Virus record (IMG/VR): IMGVR_UViG_3300035181_000829
Span: 26,232-90,231 of that record
DNA length: 64,000 nucleotides
Strand: one strand, 5' to 3'
Source of the DNA: a virus
Position 1 is the first letter of the stretch, and every line of letters starts with the position of its first letter. A program made the translations under genes and the position numbers. The notes under the pieces were generated by a model. That model did not search any database and was not told the origin of the DNA. It saw only the letters and a program-made list of their open reading frames with translations. Shown piece by piece: positions 49,550 to 59,086 of the stretch.

Positions 49550-52500
49550 TTGGTTGGGTTCCCCGTGATATGGTGATTTTACGCCGTGGTGACTGCATTG
49601 TGAAGGGTTTACCGTCTGACAATGCAGCATCCGCTTCGATAGTGGCTATCTGTTTGGTCAGTTTCGCTATGTCCTTTTCGCTAGTAGCTTTCGACAGGGC
49701 ACCATTGGTATCCCGCCATACATGTTCGAGCATGTCCCGGTATGACTTATTCCGGTTGTTCGCTCCTTCGAACCATTCACTGTCAAGTTCATAGGTAGAT
49801 GCAAGGTCACGCCCAACCTCGGCATCCGCGATGATCGGGATGGAAGGATTCCAGCTAAACCATTTTTCTAGCGGGTTGTTCTCCATGAATTGCTTTACGA
49901 GGGCGCAGCCGTGGGCAACATGTTCTTCCCGCACTAGACAAACGATAGCGTCGTGGATGAACCCGCACGGCTTCAACCAGTCAATCCCTTTTGAAAGGAT
50001 ATAGGGTATAAGCCGTCCTAGAGTCATAAGCCCAAGATCGCTTGCAATCGATTGCACGGGGCTGTTGATTGCCTGCCGCATTGCCTGCTTAGCGATTGCT
50101 TCATCCCGCGAAAAGACGTTCGGCAGGTGGCGGATGCGGCCATCGTAAGTTCGAACAAAGCCGGTTTGTGCAACATACTCTTGGACTGTATTATGCCATG
50201 TCAAAAGGCGCGGGTATGTCTTGAAGAACATAGTCCTGATGTTCTCCGCTTCCTCGTCGGTGAAGTCGATCCCGTAGTCGGTCTTGGCGTAGGCACGGAA
50301 CTTTTTCCACCACATACCATACAGGAATCCGAAGTTCACCGCTTTGGCTTGGAAGCGTTTCAGCGATTGTAATTCTTTATCAAGCTTCAGAAACTGGTCG
50401 AGCGTAAGCCCCATAGTTCCTGCTGCTGTCATCCTGTGAATATCGCCACCATCGCGATACACTTGCAGCATGTTTTCGTCGCCGCTCATCATAGCCGCGA
50501 TGCGAAGCTCTGCTTGAGACAAGTCTAGCGAGATGAACACCCATCCTTTAGGTGCACGAAAGATGCGGCGATACTTCTTAGCCATATCGCCGCGCTTTGG
50601 AAAGTTCTGTCCATTCGGATCGGCAGAATTGTGATTAAACACACCACATGCCAAGTAGCTATGGTCGTCGGCTACTTCGAGGTCAAACACAGGATAGCTT
50701 CCGCAATGGTGAACTTGCGTAATAGTCACTTCATTGTGGTTAAGGCAAGGTTGTCCAGTTGATTGTTCTCTGTATTCTCGTTTATGTGATGAACTTCCAG
50801 CCAATCGGGTAGTTGCAGGGGGTGCAGGTTCAGGGCTTCCGCAATTACTACCCGGTGAACAAAGTATCGCTTTTTGTCTACTACCGTTGTTAAGTATCCA
50901 TGACCATCCTTTTGAAACTTCCCCGGTAGATGGTTGCCCGGTTTCATTCCGAGCATGGGATTTCTGCCGCCCATTTTCGACGCAGAGTATTTCGTGTAAA
51001 GCCTTAACACTCTCTTGCGGAAGTTCTTGTCGGCCAAGTGCCGCTTGGATACAGATATTGCGAAGTGAAGTCCAACCTTTAGGTGTATAGAAACGGTGTT
51101 CTTCTGTGCATCGGATTTTCTCCCCCGCGCTTGTCGTAACGTCATACATAGCTTGAACGGGCTTCAAGTATTTACGCACAACAGGTTTACGGTTTCCTTT
51201 GTGGGTAGTGACCGTATCCCCAATCGCTATGTCGGCTATCCGAACAAGGCCGCGTTGCGTAGGTATGAGAGTATCTGCGTGGACACAGGCTGAGCGACCT
51301 GTAACGGTCGCCGCAAGCTTGTAGGTTGGTCTGATCAATCCGTCGAAGATATACTTGTGAAACCCCTTGGCATAGGTATTCAGCATCTTATCGTTCTTGA
51401 TGTATGTCGTAAGCCGCGCAAGCACAGGATGGTCCGCGACATAGTAAGGAAGCGCCTGCTTTGACGACACCGAAGGCAAGCCGGTCTTGGTAAATGCAAC
51501 AGGTTTAAGTTTCAATCCATCGGGGTGATGGTATAGCCAATCTGCAAGCAAGTCGCGTCTCGTTACTTTAACACCGACGCCGCTATTCCGCCACTTATCA
51601 CGAATGGATTTGGGTATCTGGTTTATGAGGTATCCGCGCTCTTTCTTTTGTATGAGGCGAAGATCGGTTTCGAACTCATTGAGCCGGTTTTCATCGACCG
51701 GGAAGCCGTTACGTTCTACATGGCAGAATGCGCGGCTGGCGGGCATGGACACGTAATCGTAGGTTGCCCGCAGTCGAACGTCCTCGTCAAGTTGTGCGAG
51801 TAGGCGACCTAGCAGGTGCAGCGCCGCGTCCGTATCTCCTGAACCATAGACGAGCATTTTCTCCGGGCTAAGTAAGTCCATGCGGGTCTTACCGTGGTGT
51901 TCCGGGTCGTTATTCAGTGTATCATTGTAGCCCGCCATCTCAGGCACATGCTGTCGAACAAGGTCATCGATATTGATACGCCGCTGGTTTTCATCGAGAA
52001 GGTGCGCGATAAGCATCGTATCGTGCGCGTAGTTCTGCACATCGATGCCCATTTGATAGTGAAGCATCTGAATGTCGAACTTGAGATTTTGCCCGATCTT
52101 TTCAATGCGCGGGTCTTCGAGAATTGTTTTAAGATCAGCGAAAAGCTTTTTCCTATTGATGGTATCCCAAGGGATGAAATTATGGTGCCGATATTTACCA
52201 TAATCATAATTGATCGGGATGATGATAGACTTCCCCGTTTCCCATGACATTTGTATAGTGAGAACAGTTGTCTTCTTAGCGAACGGAACTAGTCCAACGG
52301 TTTCAACGTCGAGCGATATGAGCTTTGGTCTATTTTTCAAAACATCGGTAAGGTCGTAGCACCACTTGTAGTCGCGCTTATAATCGATTGCAGCGGACTC
52401 AATGTCGAAATCAGCTTCGAAGATACGCGAGGCCGTGCGAAGATCAGCGTTGAATGTTCCCTCGGTTTCTGGCTGGCGCTGGGCGTAGAACGTTGACAGC

Positions 52501-52943
52501 ATAGGCAGAACAGGGATACCTAGCGCCGGGTCTTCGAACACTTGTCCCCGCGACTTGGTGATCTGCACCGCTCGACCAATTATCTGCTGCGTGGCTTTGG
52601 CCCCGAGCGTCATAATGAACTTGGGTTTGTTACGGTTGATCAAGTTCATAAGCGTTTGGCGATGTTCCTTTAGATGCAGCCCGAGCATCTTGTTGGATTT
52701 CCACGTCTCGCCGTCAACAGGTAGCGCGCACGAGATGATGCACACATCTGCACGCTCAAACTTTGTGTGTGCCTTGATCCGCGTGAACAACCACTTGGCT
52801 TGTTCTGGTGACAGAGGGTTGTTGGCACTCAAGTTTCCTACGACCGGATCAAGAATCATATAACATGGTGCGGACAGATCGCCATAATAGGGAAATGGGA
52901 AGTCCATGAACTTTGCCTGCGGCTTGCGCTGGATGATTGCCAT
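49464..52943 (-). CDS. polA: DNA polymerase family A (N-terminal UDG-like domain, 3'-5' exonuclease), intein-containing
   Basis: Exo LDVETVGL, GQNLKFD, HDTML, Y...D; pol TGR.../PN.QN, DLSQAELR, R.QAKAVNFGFLYG, RQAINSPVQ, IHDAI; N-terminal INRNKPKFIMTLGAKA..ITK.RG is UDG4-like. Confidence 0.95.
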   Translation of the reverse strand: MAIIQRKPQAKFMDFPFPYYGDLSAPCYMILDPVVGNLSANNPLSPEQAKWLFTRIKAHTKFERADVCIISCALPVDGETWKSNKMLGLHLKEHRQTLMNLINRNKPKFIMTLGAKATQQIIGRAVQITKSRGQVFEDPALGIPVLPMLSTFYAQRQPETEGTFNADLRTASRIFEADFDIESAAIDYKRDYKWCYDLTDVLKNRPKLISLDVETVGLVPFAKKTTVLTIQMSWETGKSIIIPINYDYGKYRHHNFIPWDTINRKKLFADLKTILEDPRIEKIGQNLKFDIQMLHYQMGIDVQNYAHDTMLIAHLLDENQRRINIDDLVRQHVPEMAGYNDTLNNDPEHHGKTRMDLLSPEKMLVYGSGDTDAALHLLGRLLAQLDEDVRLRATYDYVSMPASRAFCHVERNGFPVDENRLNEFETDLRLIQKKERGYLINQIPKSIRDKWRNSGVGVKVTRRDLLADWLYHHPDGLKLKPVAFTKTGLPSVSSKQALPYYVADHPVLARLTTYIKNDKMLNTYAKGFHKYIFDGLIRPTYKLAATVTGRSACVHADTLIPTQRGLVRIADIAIGDTVTTHKGNRKPVVRKYLKPVQAMYDVTTSAGEKIRCTEEHRFYTPKGWTSLRNICIQAALGRQELPQESVKALHEILCVENGRQKSHARNETGQPSTGEVSKGWSWILNNGSRQKAILCSPGSNCGSPEPAPPATTRLAGSSSHKREYREQSTGQPCLNHNEVTITQVHHCGSYPVFDLEVADDHSYLACGVFNHNSADPNGQNFPKRGDMAKKYRRIFRAPKGWVFISLDLSQAELRIAAMMSGDENMLQVYRDGGDIHRMTAAGTMGLTLDQFLKLDKELQSLKRFQAKAVNFGFLYGMWWKKFRAYAKTDYGIDFTDEEAENIRTMFFKTYPRLLTWHNTVQEYVAQTGFVRTYDGRIRHLPNVFSRDEAIAKQAMRQAINSPVQSIASDLGLMTLGRLIPYILSKGIDWLKPCGFIHDAIVCLVREEHVAHGCALVKQFMENNPLEKWFSWNPSIPIIADAEVGRDLASTYELDSEWFEGANNRNKSYRDMLEHVWRDTNGALSKATSEKDIAKLTKQIATIEADAALSDGKPFTMQSPRRKITISRGTQPNAQAQAARKHQSRRIVIRKSQGKSERRG
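50628..51287 (-). mobile_element. Intein (220 aa) in DNA polymerase
   Basis: Starts CVHADTLI; block B CTEEHRF; ends VFDLEV..DHSYLA.GVFNHN followed by Ser; removal restores TGRSA-SADPNGQN. Confidence 0.92.
50726..51145 (-). CDS. HNH homing endonuclease in the +1 frame inside the pol intein (possibly C-terminally truncated)
   Basis: G.NPM.G (NUMOD3-like), DGHGY...FVHRVV.AE...EVHHINENTENN.LDNL. Confidence 0.75.
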   Translation of the reverse strand: MTLRQARGRKSDAQKNTVSIHLKVGLHFAISVSKRHLADKNFRKRVLRLYTKYSASKMGGRNPMLGMKPGNHLPGKFQKDGHGYLTTVVDKKRYFVHRVVIAEALNLHPLQLPDWLEVHHINENTENNQLDNLALTTMK

Positions 52944-52946
52944 GAT

Positions 52947-54413
52947 CTATACCGCCTGATTGAGTCGCATGAAGTCTGTCCTTTGCTCGGGCGGAATGTC
53001 GCGGGGGTTACGGCGAGTGCGAGGCTCCGCCGCTTGCGTCTCGTTCAGAATAGCGTCCAAGCGGGCATAGATCGGATCGGATCGTTCAAGCACATCGATA
53101 CGAACTGGCGACCATTGATGGCGCATGAAGTTTGTGATCCACCAACCGCTTTCACCCTCGCGACCTTTGAGGAAGCCAAAGACTCGGTATTCATCGTGTG
53201 GCATACCAGCGGGCAGAAAATCAATGCCGAACACATGGCTTGCCACTTGGCCTATAACGTCGGTTTCACCAATCTCAGAAAGCGAAAGGTGAGCGATAGG
53301 GGAATAAGCAGGTCCAGCACGGCGGCGGACATCAGCTTGACGATTGAACTGTGACGTGATGACAACCGGAATGTTCAAGTTCATCCCGAGTTCCTTTAGT
53401 TCTTCTACAACGTCCGATACAGTCTCACGACGACTTGACGATCCGTAGCGAACCTTGTGCGGTGATAGTAGGTATCCCGCGTCGATAAACAGAATATCAG
53501 GCTCATACTGATCACATAACGCGGCGACCTGATCTATGGTTCTAGAAAAGTTGGCGGTCGCCATATGCAAAGGCCGCTGCACCATAAGTTCGTTTACCGC
53601 CCGCTCAAGGATTGGCTGAAACAGCGATTGCACTTGGCCGCGACGAATGAAGGTCGGATTGATACCGGAATGGATACCAATCAATCGGCGCATGTTTTGG
53701 ACGCCGCCCATTTCCATCGAAATATACAGAGGCTTATGACCGGCCTGCCATGCGGCATAGCACTGTTTCAGAAGGAACCACGACTTTGCACGACCGGGGC
53801 GCGCTAACCATACCACCAAGTCTCCGGGGTTGTAGCCATCCATTGCCGAATCCACTTCGGCTAGTCCGGTAGTTATGCCCGCGAGGTCGGTGAACTGGCC
53901 CTGCCTTAGCCTATATTGGTGCATCACGTCTGCAAGCAAGGTCTGCGAAGTTTCGATGCCGGTGCCGCGCTCGATAAACCTTGTCTTTAGTGCAGCAAGC
54001 TCGTCAATAGATTGCGTGAGTTCCAGCATCTGTGTGCGCGGGTTCTGCAACGCTTCAACAAGTTTCTGGTAAGGCTCTCGAATGTTCCGCGTCAACGCCC
54101 GTTGTTTAAGCCGGGTGAGGTAGTATGATGTAGGCTGGTCAACATGCGGCAAGACAATGCCGGTGTTGTCGTAGATCACTTCAAGCGAAGGTATTTCCCG
54201 GTGCGAACCGAAGTGCGAGAACATGAACCTGTAAGCACGAAGCTCAAGACTGCTACGTTCTTTGTCGAGATAAAGGTCAGCGTCAATCTCTCGTAGTGTT
54301 GATGTTCCTTTGTCCCTTGCTATGCAGGCCAGTAGTTGAAGCCCTGCCGTGTTTCCCGATGCCGGGGGCAACGATGCGGCGGGTCTGCGGGCGCGTTTGA
54401 TCTTGATCGGCAT
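52947..54413 (-). CDS. dnaB: DnaB-like replicative helicase
   Basis: GITTGL...D....G...GDL...ARPGRAKS, ISMEM, LFIDAGY, SQFNR. Confidence 0.9.
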   Translation of the reverse strand: MPIKIKRARRPAASLPPASGNTAGLQLLACIARDKGTSTLREIDADLYLDKERSSLELRAYRFMFSHFGSHREIPSLEVIYDNTGIVLPHVDQPTSYYLTRLKQRALTRNIREPYQKLVEALQNPRTQMLELTQSIDELAALKTRFIERGTGIETSQTLLADVMHQYRLRQGQFTDLAGITTGLAEVDSAMDGYNPGDLVVWLARPGRAKSWFLLKQCYAAWQAGHKPLYISMEMGGVQNMRRLIGIHSGINPTFIRRGQVQSLFQPILERAVNELMVQRPLHMATANFSRTIDQVAALCDQYEPDILFIDAGYLLSPHKVRYGSSSRRETVSDVVEELKELGMNLNIPVVITSQFNRQADVRRRAGPAYSPIAHLSLSEIGETDVIGQVASHVFGIDFLPAGMPHDEYRVFGFLKGREGESGWWITNFMRHQWSPVRIDVLERSDPIYARLDAILNETQAAEPRTRRNPRDIPPEQRTDFMRLNQAV

Positions 54414-54942
54414 TGATTACTTCGAAGCTCCGTTCGATAAACTTTTCAACGGCTGGGCCGAAACCATCGTAACCCGACGACTTGTCCTTGTCGTTTGCAG
54501 GACAGATGATACACGTTCCGTCATTTCGTTGCGCTTTCAGAAAATCCAGCAGTATATACCTGTCGTGATCCGACAAAGCCTTGTGGGCTTCCCGGTAAAA
54601 CATCAGGTCGCGGATCAGGATGCAGTCGGCGTCATAGAACTGGTCCGACAAATGTTCAGACTTGTCGAAGTAAATGCCGCCCCGCCATCGGCAAATGCAC
54701 TCCCACACCGTTGCATTGTATACCTTGTAGTTCGCCCGGATCAAGCAGGATTGCCAGATCAATATTTCGTCGGCGGCATGGATACCGTTAAGAACGGTCC
54801 AAGGGCTTGAACGCATGTAGGCGTTTTCCTTTACGCCTTTCTCGAAGATGGCACGGTAGCCGTCGCGCATATGCTCGATTGTTTTGGTAGCATGGGCGCT
54901 TGATTGGTTCATCCCTAGCGGGTTCATTCGTCGTCCTCCCAA
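54283..54942 (-). CDS. Possible degenerate DnaC/loader-like protein
   Basis: Directly upstream of DnaB; ADCILIRDL resembles a Walker B strand, no Walker A. Confidence 0.4.
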   Translation of the reverse strand: MGGRRMNPLGMNQSSAHATKTIEHMRDGYRAIFEKGVKENAYMRSSPWTVLNGIHAADEILIWQSCLIRANYKVYNATVWECICRWRGGIYFDKSEHLSDQFYDADCILIRDLMFYREAHKALSDHDRYILLDFLKAQRNDGTCIICPANDKDKSSGYDGFGPAVEKFIERSFEVINADQDQTRPQTRRIVAPGIGKHGRASTTGLHSKGQRNINTTRD

Positions 54943-56204
54943 TCGGGCAGGCTGACCGATGGTGCCCGCAGTATCTTGCGTTTTTTCAGTTGCCGATTTT
55001 CTTCGGCGAGAAGGGCGACCTTTGTTTCAAGTGCTTCGGCTACCTTACCAAAGTCCTTGGTAGCAGCGTCCGCACGTTTTGCCTTGGCGGCTACCGCGCT
55101 ATAATCGATTGCAGCGCCAAGTTCGATAGTGTCACGCTCCATGAAAGCTTTGGTGTAGGTTTCGAGGCAGCGGACAAGCCAGCGGAACGCCGGTTCATGC
55201 GGGTATTGCTTTGTCTTGGCGAAGTAGGTAGCCCCGATGCCACCCCAATTAAGCGTAACCCACTTCGAGAATTCCTCAACGTCTAGGTTTGCATCGCGGA
55301 ACGGTATGATGATCTGGGATTTCAGCAGCGCAATATCGCGGGACGCAACGATCCTTGTCGCGGGGGTGCCGGGACTAGCTTCCCGTTGGCCCGCAGTCCA
55401 CCCCGCTTCGAACAGCTTGCAGAGGTCGGGTAGCGTCCCTCGCTTCTTCCGCTTGTCAGCTACCTTGCCTTGGCGGGCTGCGACGGATGCCAGTAGTCTA
55501 TCCCGCAGTTCGTCTACCTTGCTCATTAACCATCCCTTCGCGCGTATATCTGAGAAAGATTTATCTTTCGAAGATACTGTTCTATAGAAGTAGCTATAGC
55601 TACCGAGCCGGTTCCCTAGGGGAATTTGGCGCTTTTCGCTGTTAGGCTTCTCCCATTGGTCCGTAGTATCGTCGCTGATTTCCAGCGGTGCAGATTCGAC
55701 TTCCGCCGCAGGTTCCGCGTGCTTGTCCCGCAAGAGCCATTCTGCCCGCTGCATAAGCCAAAGCATTACGCCATTCTCCGTGCGAAGCTTGGGATTATGC
55801 CGGTTGGCGTTGATGATGCTCTTGATGACCCGCTCGTGTTGCGCAAGGTCAAGTGCCGTGACAGATAGGTCGATATGCGTTTCGCCCGCGTCGTCTTCGA
55901 TGATGACGCCAAGTTCGATGCCAGTCTTGAATGCGTTCTCTACCCCGCGCAGTTCATGCGGTAGCGGGTGAACGCCTGAGAAGTTGGTTTCATCGTTCCG
56001 TTCAATCCCGCTCACGAGCAATCGCGGGGTAACTCTGGTGATATTCCGGCACTTGCTGCGAATTGTTGCAATCGAGTGCACGACCATGCAGACAAGATCG
56101 GGAAGCACGCCGCGCCACTGTCCCTCGATATGGTCTATGATGCTCTGAAAGTTCTCGTATGAAAAATCCTTAGAAGGGACTTGACTTCCTATAGAGGATG
56201 GCAT
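54924..56204 (-). CDS. Hypothetical replication-region protein (possible initiator)
   Basis: 426-aa first gene of the replication operon; GAGG-like RBS region; function inferred from position only. Confidence 0.55.
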   Translation of the reverse strand: MPSSIGSQVPSKDFSYENFQSIIDHIEGQWRGVLPDLVCMVVHSIATIRSKCRNITRVTPRLLVSGIERNDETNFSGVHPLPHELRGVENAFKTGIELGVIIEDDAGETHIDLSVTALDLAQHERVIKSIINANRHNPKLRTENGVMLWLMQRAEWLLRDKHAEPAAEVESAPLEISDDTTDQWEKPNSEKRQIPLGNRLGSYSYFYRTVSSKDKSFSDIRAKGWLMSKVDELRDRLLASVAARQGKVADKRKKRGTLPDLCKLFEAGWTAGQREASPGTPATRIVASRDIALLKSQIIIPFRDANLDVEEFSKWVTLNWGGIGATYFAKTKQYPHEPAFRWLVRCLETYTKAFMERDTIELGAAIDYSAVAAKAKRADAATKDFGKVAEALETKVALLAEENRQLKKRKILRAPSVSLPDWEDDE

Positions 56205-56240
56205 AGAATACTTCCTATCTTGAGAAGATCTTGTGTTATG

Positions 56241-56279
56241 AAAAGGCCCCCAAAACTTGGCCGTAGCGGGGGTCTTTTC
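56241..56279. terminator. Bidirectional-type hairpin terminator
   Basis: AAAAGGCCCCC...GGGGGTCTTTT. Confidence 0.65.
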
Positions 56280-56374
56280 TATTTTACGGTCGGATTACCG
56301 TAACCGTAAGTTGTAGCAAAATAGCCACAGTCTTGCAAGTCATTTTTTTGGACGTGGCAGTATCGTCCTTTTAC

Positions 56375-56734
56375 CTAAGCAAAGGTAACACCGGAGAGCC
56401 TCATACGGTTGAGGCATTCCACTTCGTAGGCCACGGCTTCGGCGTAGCTTCCGAACAGCAGCACTTCGGAAACAATAGACAAGTCGAGGGGGTATACCGG
56501 GCCTACCTCACCCTGAAAAACCAACAGGTGCTTGCTGTAGTCATGGACTTCGCCCGCATACGGCCCAAGCATCCATTTGATGTAGTATTTCGGTTCGTCG
56601 GTCACCTTTTGAATATCGGTGACGCGGGCCATTTCCCCGCGACCTTCGAACATGGCTTCGAGTTCCGGGTTGCGGGTGAATTGAAGCTCACCATTCTCGT
56701 TGACGGTGATGACGTGACGACGATTATCTGGCAT
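56375..56734 (-). CDS. Hypothetical protein
   Basis: GGGAG RBS; palindrome at 56755 gives an extended -10 TGnTACAAT. Confidence 0.7.
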   Translation of the reverse strand: MPDNRRHVITVNENGELQFTRNPELEAMFEGRGEMARVTDIQKVTDEPKYYIKWMLGPYAGEVHDYSKHLLVFQGEVGPVYPLDLSIVSEVLLFGSYAEAVAYEVECLNRMRLSGVTFA

Positions 56735-56799
56735 GTATTGCTCCCGACAAGCATTGCAATCGATTGTAACACGGGGGAGAGACCAACGGAGCTAACGCA

Positions 56800-57005
56800 A
56801 AACCCCTCCCCCGTTCCAGTATCCCACAGATCGAACGACCGAGGAACTGGAAAGGATAAGGTGCTAAGCCGACTACCTTGGTGTCGGGCCGTAGCAGCCG
56901 TCGAGCGATGACCAAGATGGAACCACTTGCTCCGTAGGAGTTCGTAAGCCCGTCTCAAGCACGTTTCGTTTTAAGCCGCACCTTATCCGTTGCAGTTTCC
57001 CGCTA
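56800..57005 (-). ncRNA. Candidate structured non-coding RNA or leader
   Basis: 11-bp closing stem (56854-64 with 56978-88), internal hairpins, upstream TTGCAA-N17-TACGGT. Confidence 0.45.
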
Positions 57006-57077
57006 TGGCTGACCGTAGCTAGTAGATCAGCGGCTTGCAAGAGCTTACCGCTGACCTGTATTGCATAGCTTGTGGGC

Positions 57078-57641
57078 TTAGTTGGTGCCGGAATCGCCCG
57101 TATTGGGCGTTTTTTCGCCGCTGGACGGGCTTGCCGGGCCGGGGCTGGCTTCGGTGCCGGAATCGTTGGGCGCTGCCGTTTTTTCGTTGGCGTCAAGCGC
57201 ATAGCCCGCTGCGGCCTCTGCTACTGCGGCCTCTGCCGTGGCGCGCACCACGAAGTCCCCCGGTGGGATACCAAGGTGATCCGCCGCATTCAGTCCGATG
57301 GTCAGCACTTCATCATCGTTGTCCCATACCACGTCATTCATAATGACGTGCAATATATCGTTTTCTGCCCTGCGCGCAGCACCGCCGACCGTGCTCATCA
57401 GTTCGTCAGGCCGGAATGCTTGCAGGTAGGAGGTCAGGTGTTGCGGAACACCTGCGGGATTGCCGGTCATCAGCGCATGGACGCCGAAGGCCAGTGAACG
57501 GCGGATGGTATCCGAAGCGGTGTTGCCGTAGTCTTTGATAAAACCTTCGATAAGGGCTTCCGCCGCACTGACCTGCAAGCCGTTTGGCTTTGGCGCAGCG
57601 GGCGCAACAGTCGTGTTGTCATTGGATTGGTCGGGCATCAT
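57078..57641 (-). CDS. Hypothetical protein
   Basis: AGGAG RBS before ATG 57641. Confidence 0.7.
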   Translation of the reverse strand: MMPDQSNDNTTVAPAAPKPNGLQVSAAEALIEGFIKDYGNTASDTIRRSLAFGVHALMTGNPAGVPQHLTSYLQAFRPDELMSTVGGAARRAENDILHVIMNDVVWDNDDEVLTIGLNAADHLGIPPGDFVVRATAEAAVAEAAAGYALDANEKTAAPNDSGTEASPGPASPSSGEKTPNTGDSGTN

Positions 57642-57660
57642 GTTTCTCCTGAATGAACGC

Positions 57661-57686
57661 GGGGCACGCCCTCTCGAACGTGCCCC
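57661..57686 (-). terminator. Hairpin next to the palindrome at 57689
   Basis: GGGGCACG-N10-CGTGCCCC. Confidence 0.5.
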
Positions 57687-57720
57687 ATTGTAATCGATTG
57701 CAGTGGCGGGCGTCAAGTCA

Positions 57721-57918
57721 TCAATGACCGACGCGCTCACCGAAGTCGCGGTTGATCGGGACACACTCGCCCGTCGCTTGGCGCGGCGTAGCAACGTCGC
57801 TGAACATTGCTTCGAACGCCGCTGTGGCGTCCATGCAAGTGCCGCCCTCGAAACCTTCGGCTTCGATCTTGGTGCGCCCGTCTGGCTGGACGTGCAGGGT
57901 GATTTTCTGTTGTGCCAT
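57721..57918 (-). CDS. DUF2997-like protein
   Basis: ITLHVQPDG.TKIEAEGFEG..C..AT..FE. Confidence 0.8.
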   Translation of the reverse strand: MAQQKITLHVQPDGRTKIEAEGFEGGTCMDATAAFEAMFSDVATPRQATGECVPINRDFGERVGH

Positions 57919-57956
57919 ATTGTCCTCGTGATGGTTTGGGTTGGGGGTGATGTGGC

Positions 57957-58355
57957 CTAAGCCGCGCGGACCATTTCCAGCGAGACGGTGCCGTCCTTCT
58001 GCATGAACCGGCTGCACGAGTAGCCGTCCATCGCCGCCCTGTATTCAGCCTGCCGCAGCACGTATTCCTGCACCAGCTTGCCGATGGTATTGAAGCCCGA
58101 CTGGAACACGCGGTCCATCCCGTAGGGGTCAAACTTGAGGGTGTAGAAGTCGCCCGGCTGCTTCACGAGGCCGATGTCGTGAATGCCCGGCATTTCCAGC
58201 TTTGCATCGCAACTCGTGTCCTGCCCGCGATAGGTGCGGAACGACTTGGCGTCCATGACGAGCTTGACCTTTCCGTCCGACAGATCGTTGGCGATTTCCG
58301 CAAGAAGCAACAGATCGCTGATCTGCACGCCCCTGAGTGTGATATTGTGTGACAT
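57957..58355 (-). CDS. DUF1257 (Ycf35-like) protein
   Basis: MSH.....I.D...L...DIGL....D.Y....D.Y...KLVQEY...A...GY......DGTVSL. Confidence 0.75.
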   Translation of the reverse strand: MSHNITLRGVQISDLLLLAEIANDLSDGKVKLVMDAKSFRTYRGQDTSCDAKLEMPGIHDIGLVKQPGDFYTLKFDPYGMDRVFQSGFNTIGKLVQEYVLRQAEYRAAMDGYSCSRFMQKDGTVSLEMVRAA

Positions 58356-58424
58356 GTGTGTAGCTCCCGTTAGGTTGACGTGGTTAAAATATACGCGCTG
58401 ATCAGTCGTGGCGCAACCGATTTG

Positions 58425-59081
58425 TCAGGTCTTGATGTGCCGCGTCCGACGAATTTTCAGCACAGGTTTGCCCTTTTCGTTGATCTTGATAGATTGCGAA
58501 GCGTCCGGTGTCGCAGCCGCTTCGACCTCAGACACCGAGAAATGCTCGTTGTTCAGGTCAAACAGGTAGGTGATACGTGGCAATTCTTCCTCGGTGCATT
58601 TGAACCATGAACGCCATGCTGCAATCGATTGCACGGAGAGTTCTTCGTCCTCGGTGATGAAGCGGAGCCGACCTTCAAAGAAGACGTATTTCACCGCTGA
58701 GTATTCATGCTGCGGGGTAAGTTCAAGCCTGATGATGTTCAGCGCCGTGGTCGGATCGGCCACCAACAAGGCATAGATGATTTCCTGCGAGAAGCCGGTG
58801 GACGCTCTGTATCGATACTCCACCAGTATCTCAGTCAGTGGCGCAATATCGTAGCGCGTTCGGAACCACTGGCCCGTTGCCGAAGGTGAGAACAAGCTTG
58901 TCGGCGGAATACTCTGCACGACAGACTGACCTTTGTAACCCGGCTGTCGCTGTTGCACAGCCTCGAACAATGGGATGATCTTGTCGCCTATGCGGGTGTA
59001 GCACAGAACCGAGACGTTACGCCTCGGACTGGAACCACGGGCAAGAAAGCTATCATGCCCGGTTGTAACTTCAATTTGCAA
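58425..59081 (-). CDS. Hypothetical protein
   Basis: Follows the AAA ATPase; basic C-terminal tail. Confidence 0.7.
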   Translation of the reverse strand: MQIEVTTGHDSFLARGSSPRRNVSVLCYTRIGDKIIPLFEAVQQRQPGYKGQSVVQSIPPTSLFSPSATGQWFRTRYDIAPLTEILVEYRYRASTGFSQEIIYALLVADPTTALNIIRLELTPQHEYSAVKYVFFEGRLRFITEDEELSVQSIAAWRSWFKCTEEELPRITYLFDLNNEHFSVSEVEAAATPDASQSIKINEKGKPVLKIRRTRHIKT

Positions 59082-59086
59082 TTCAG

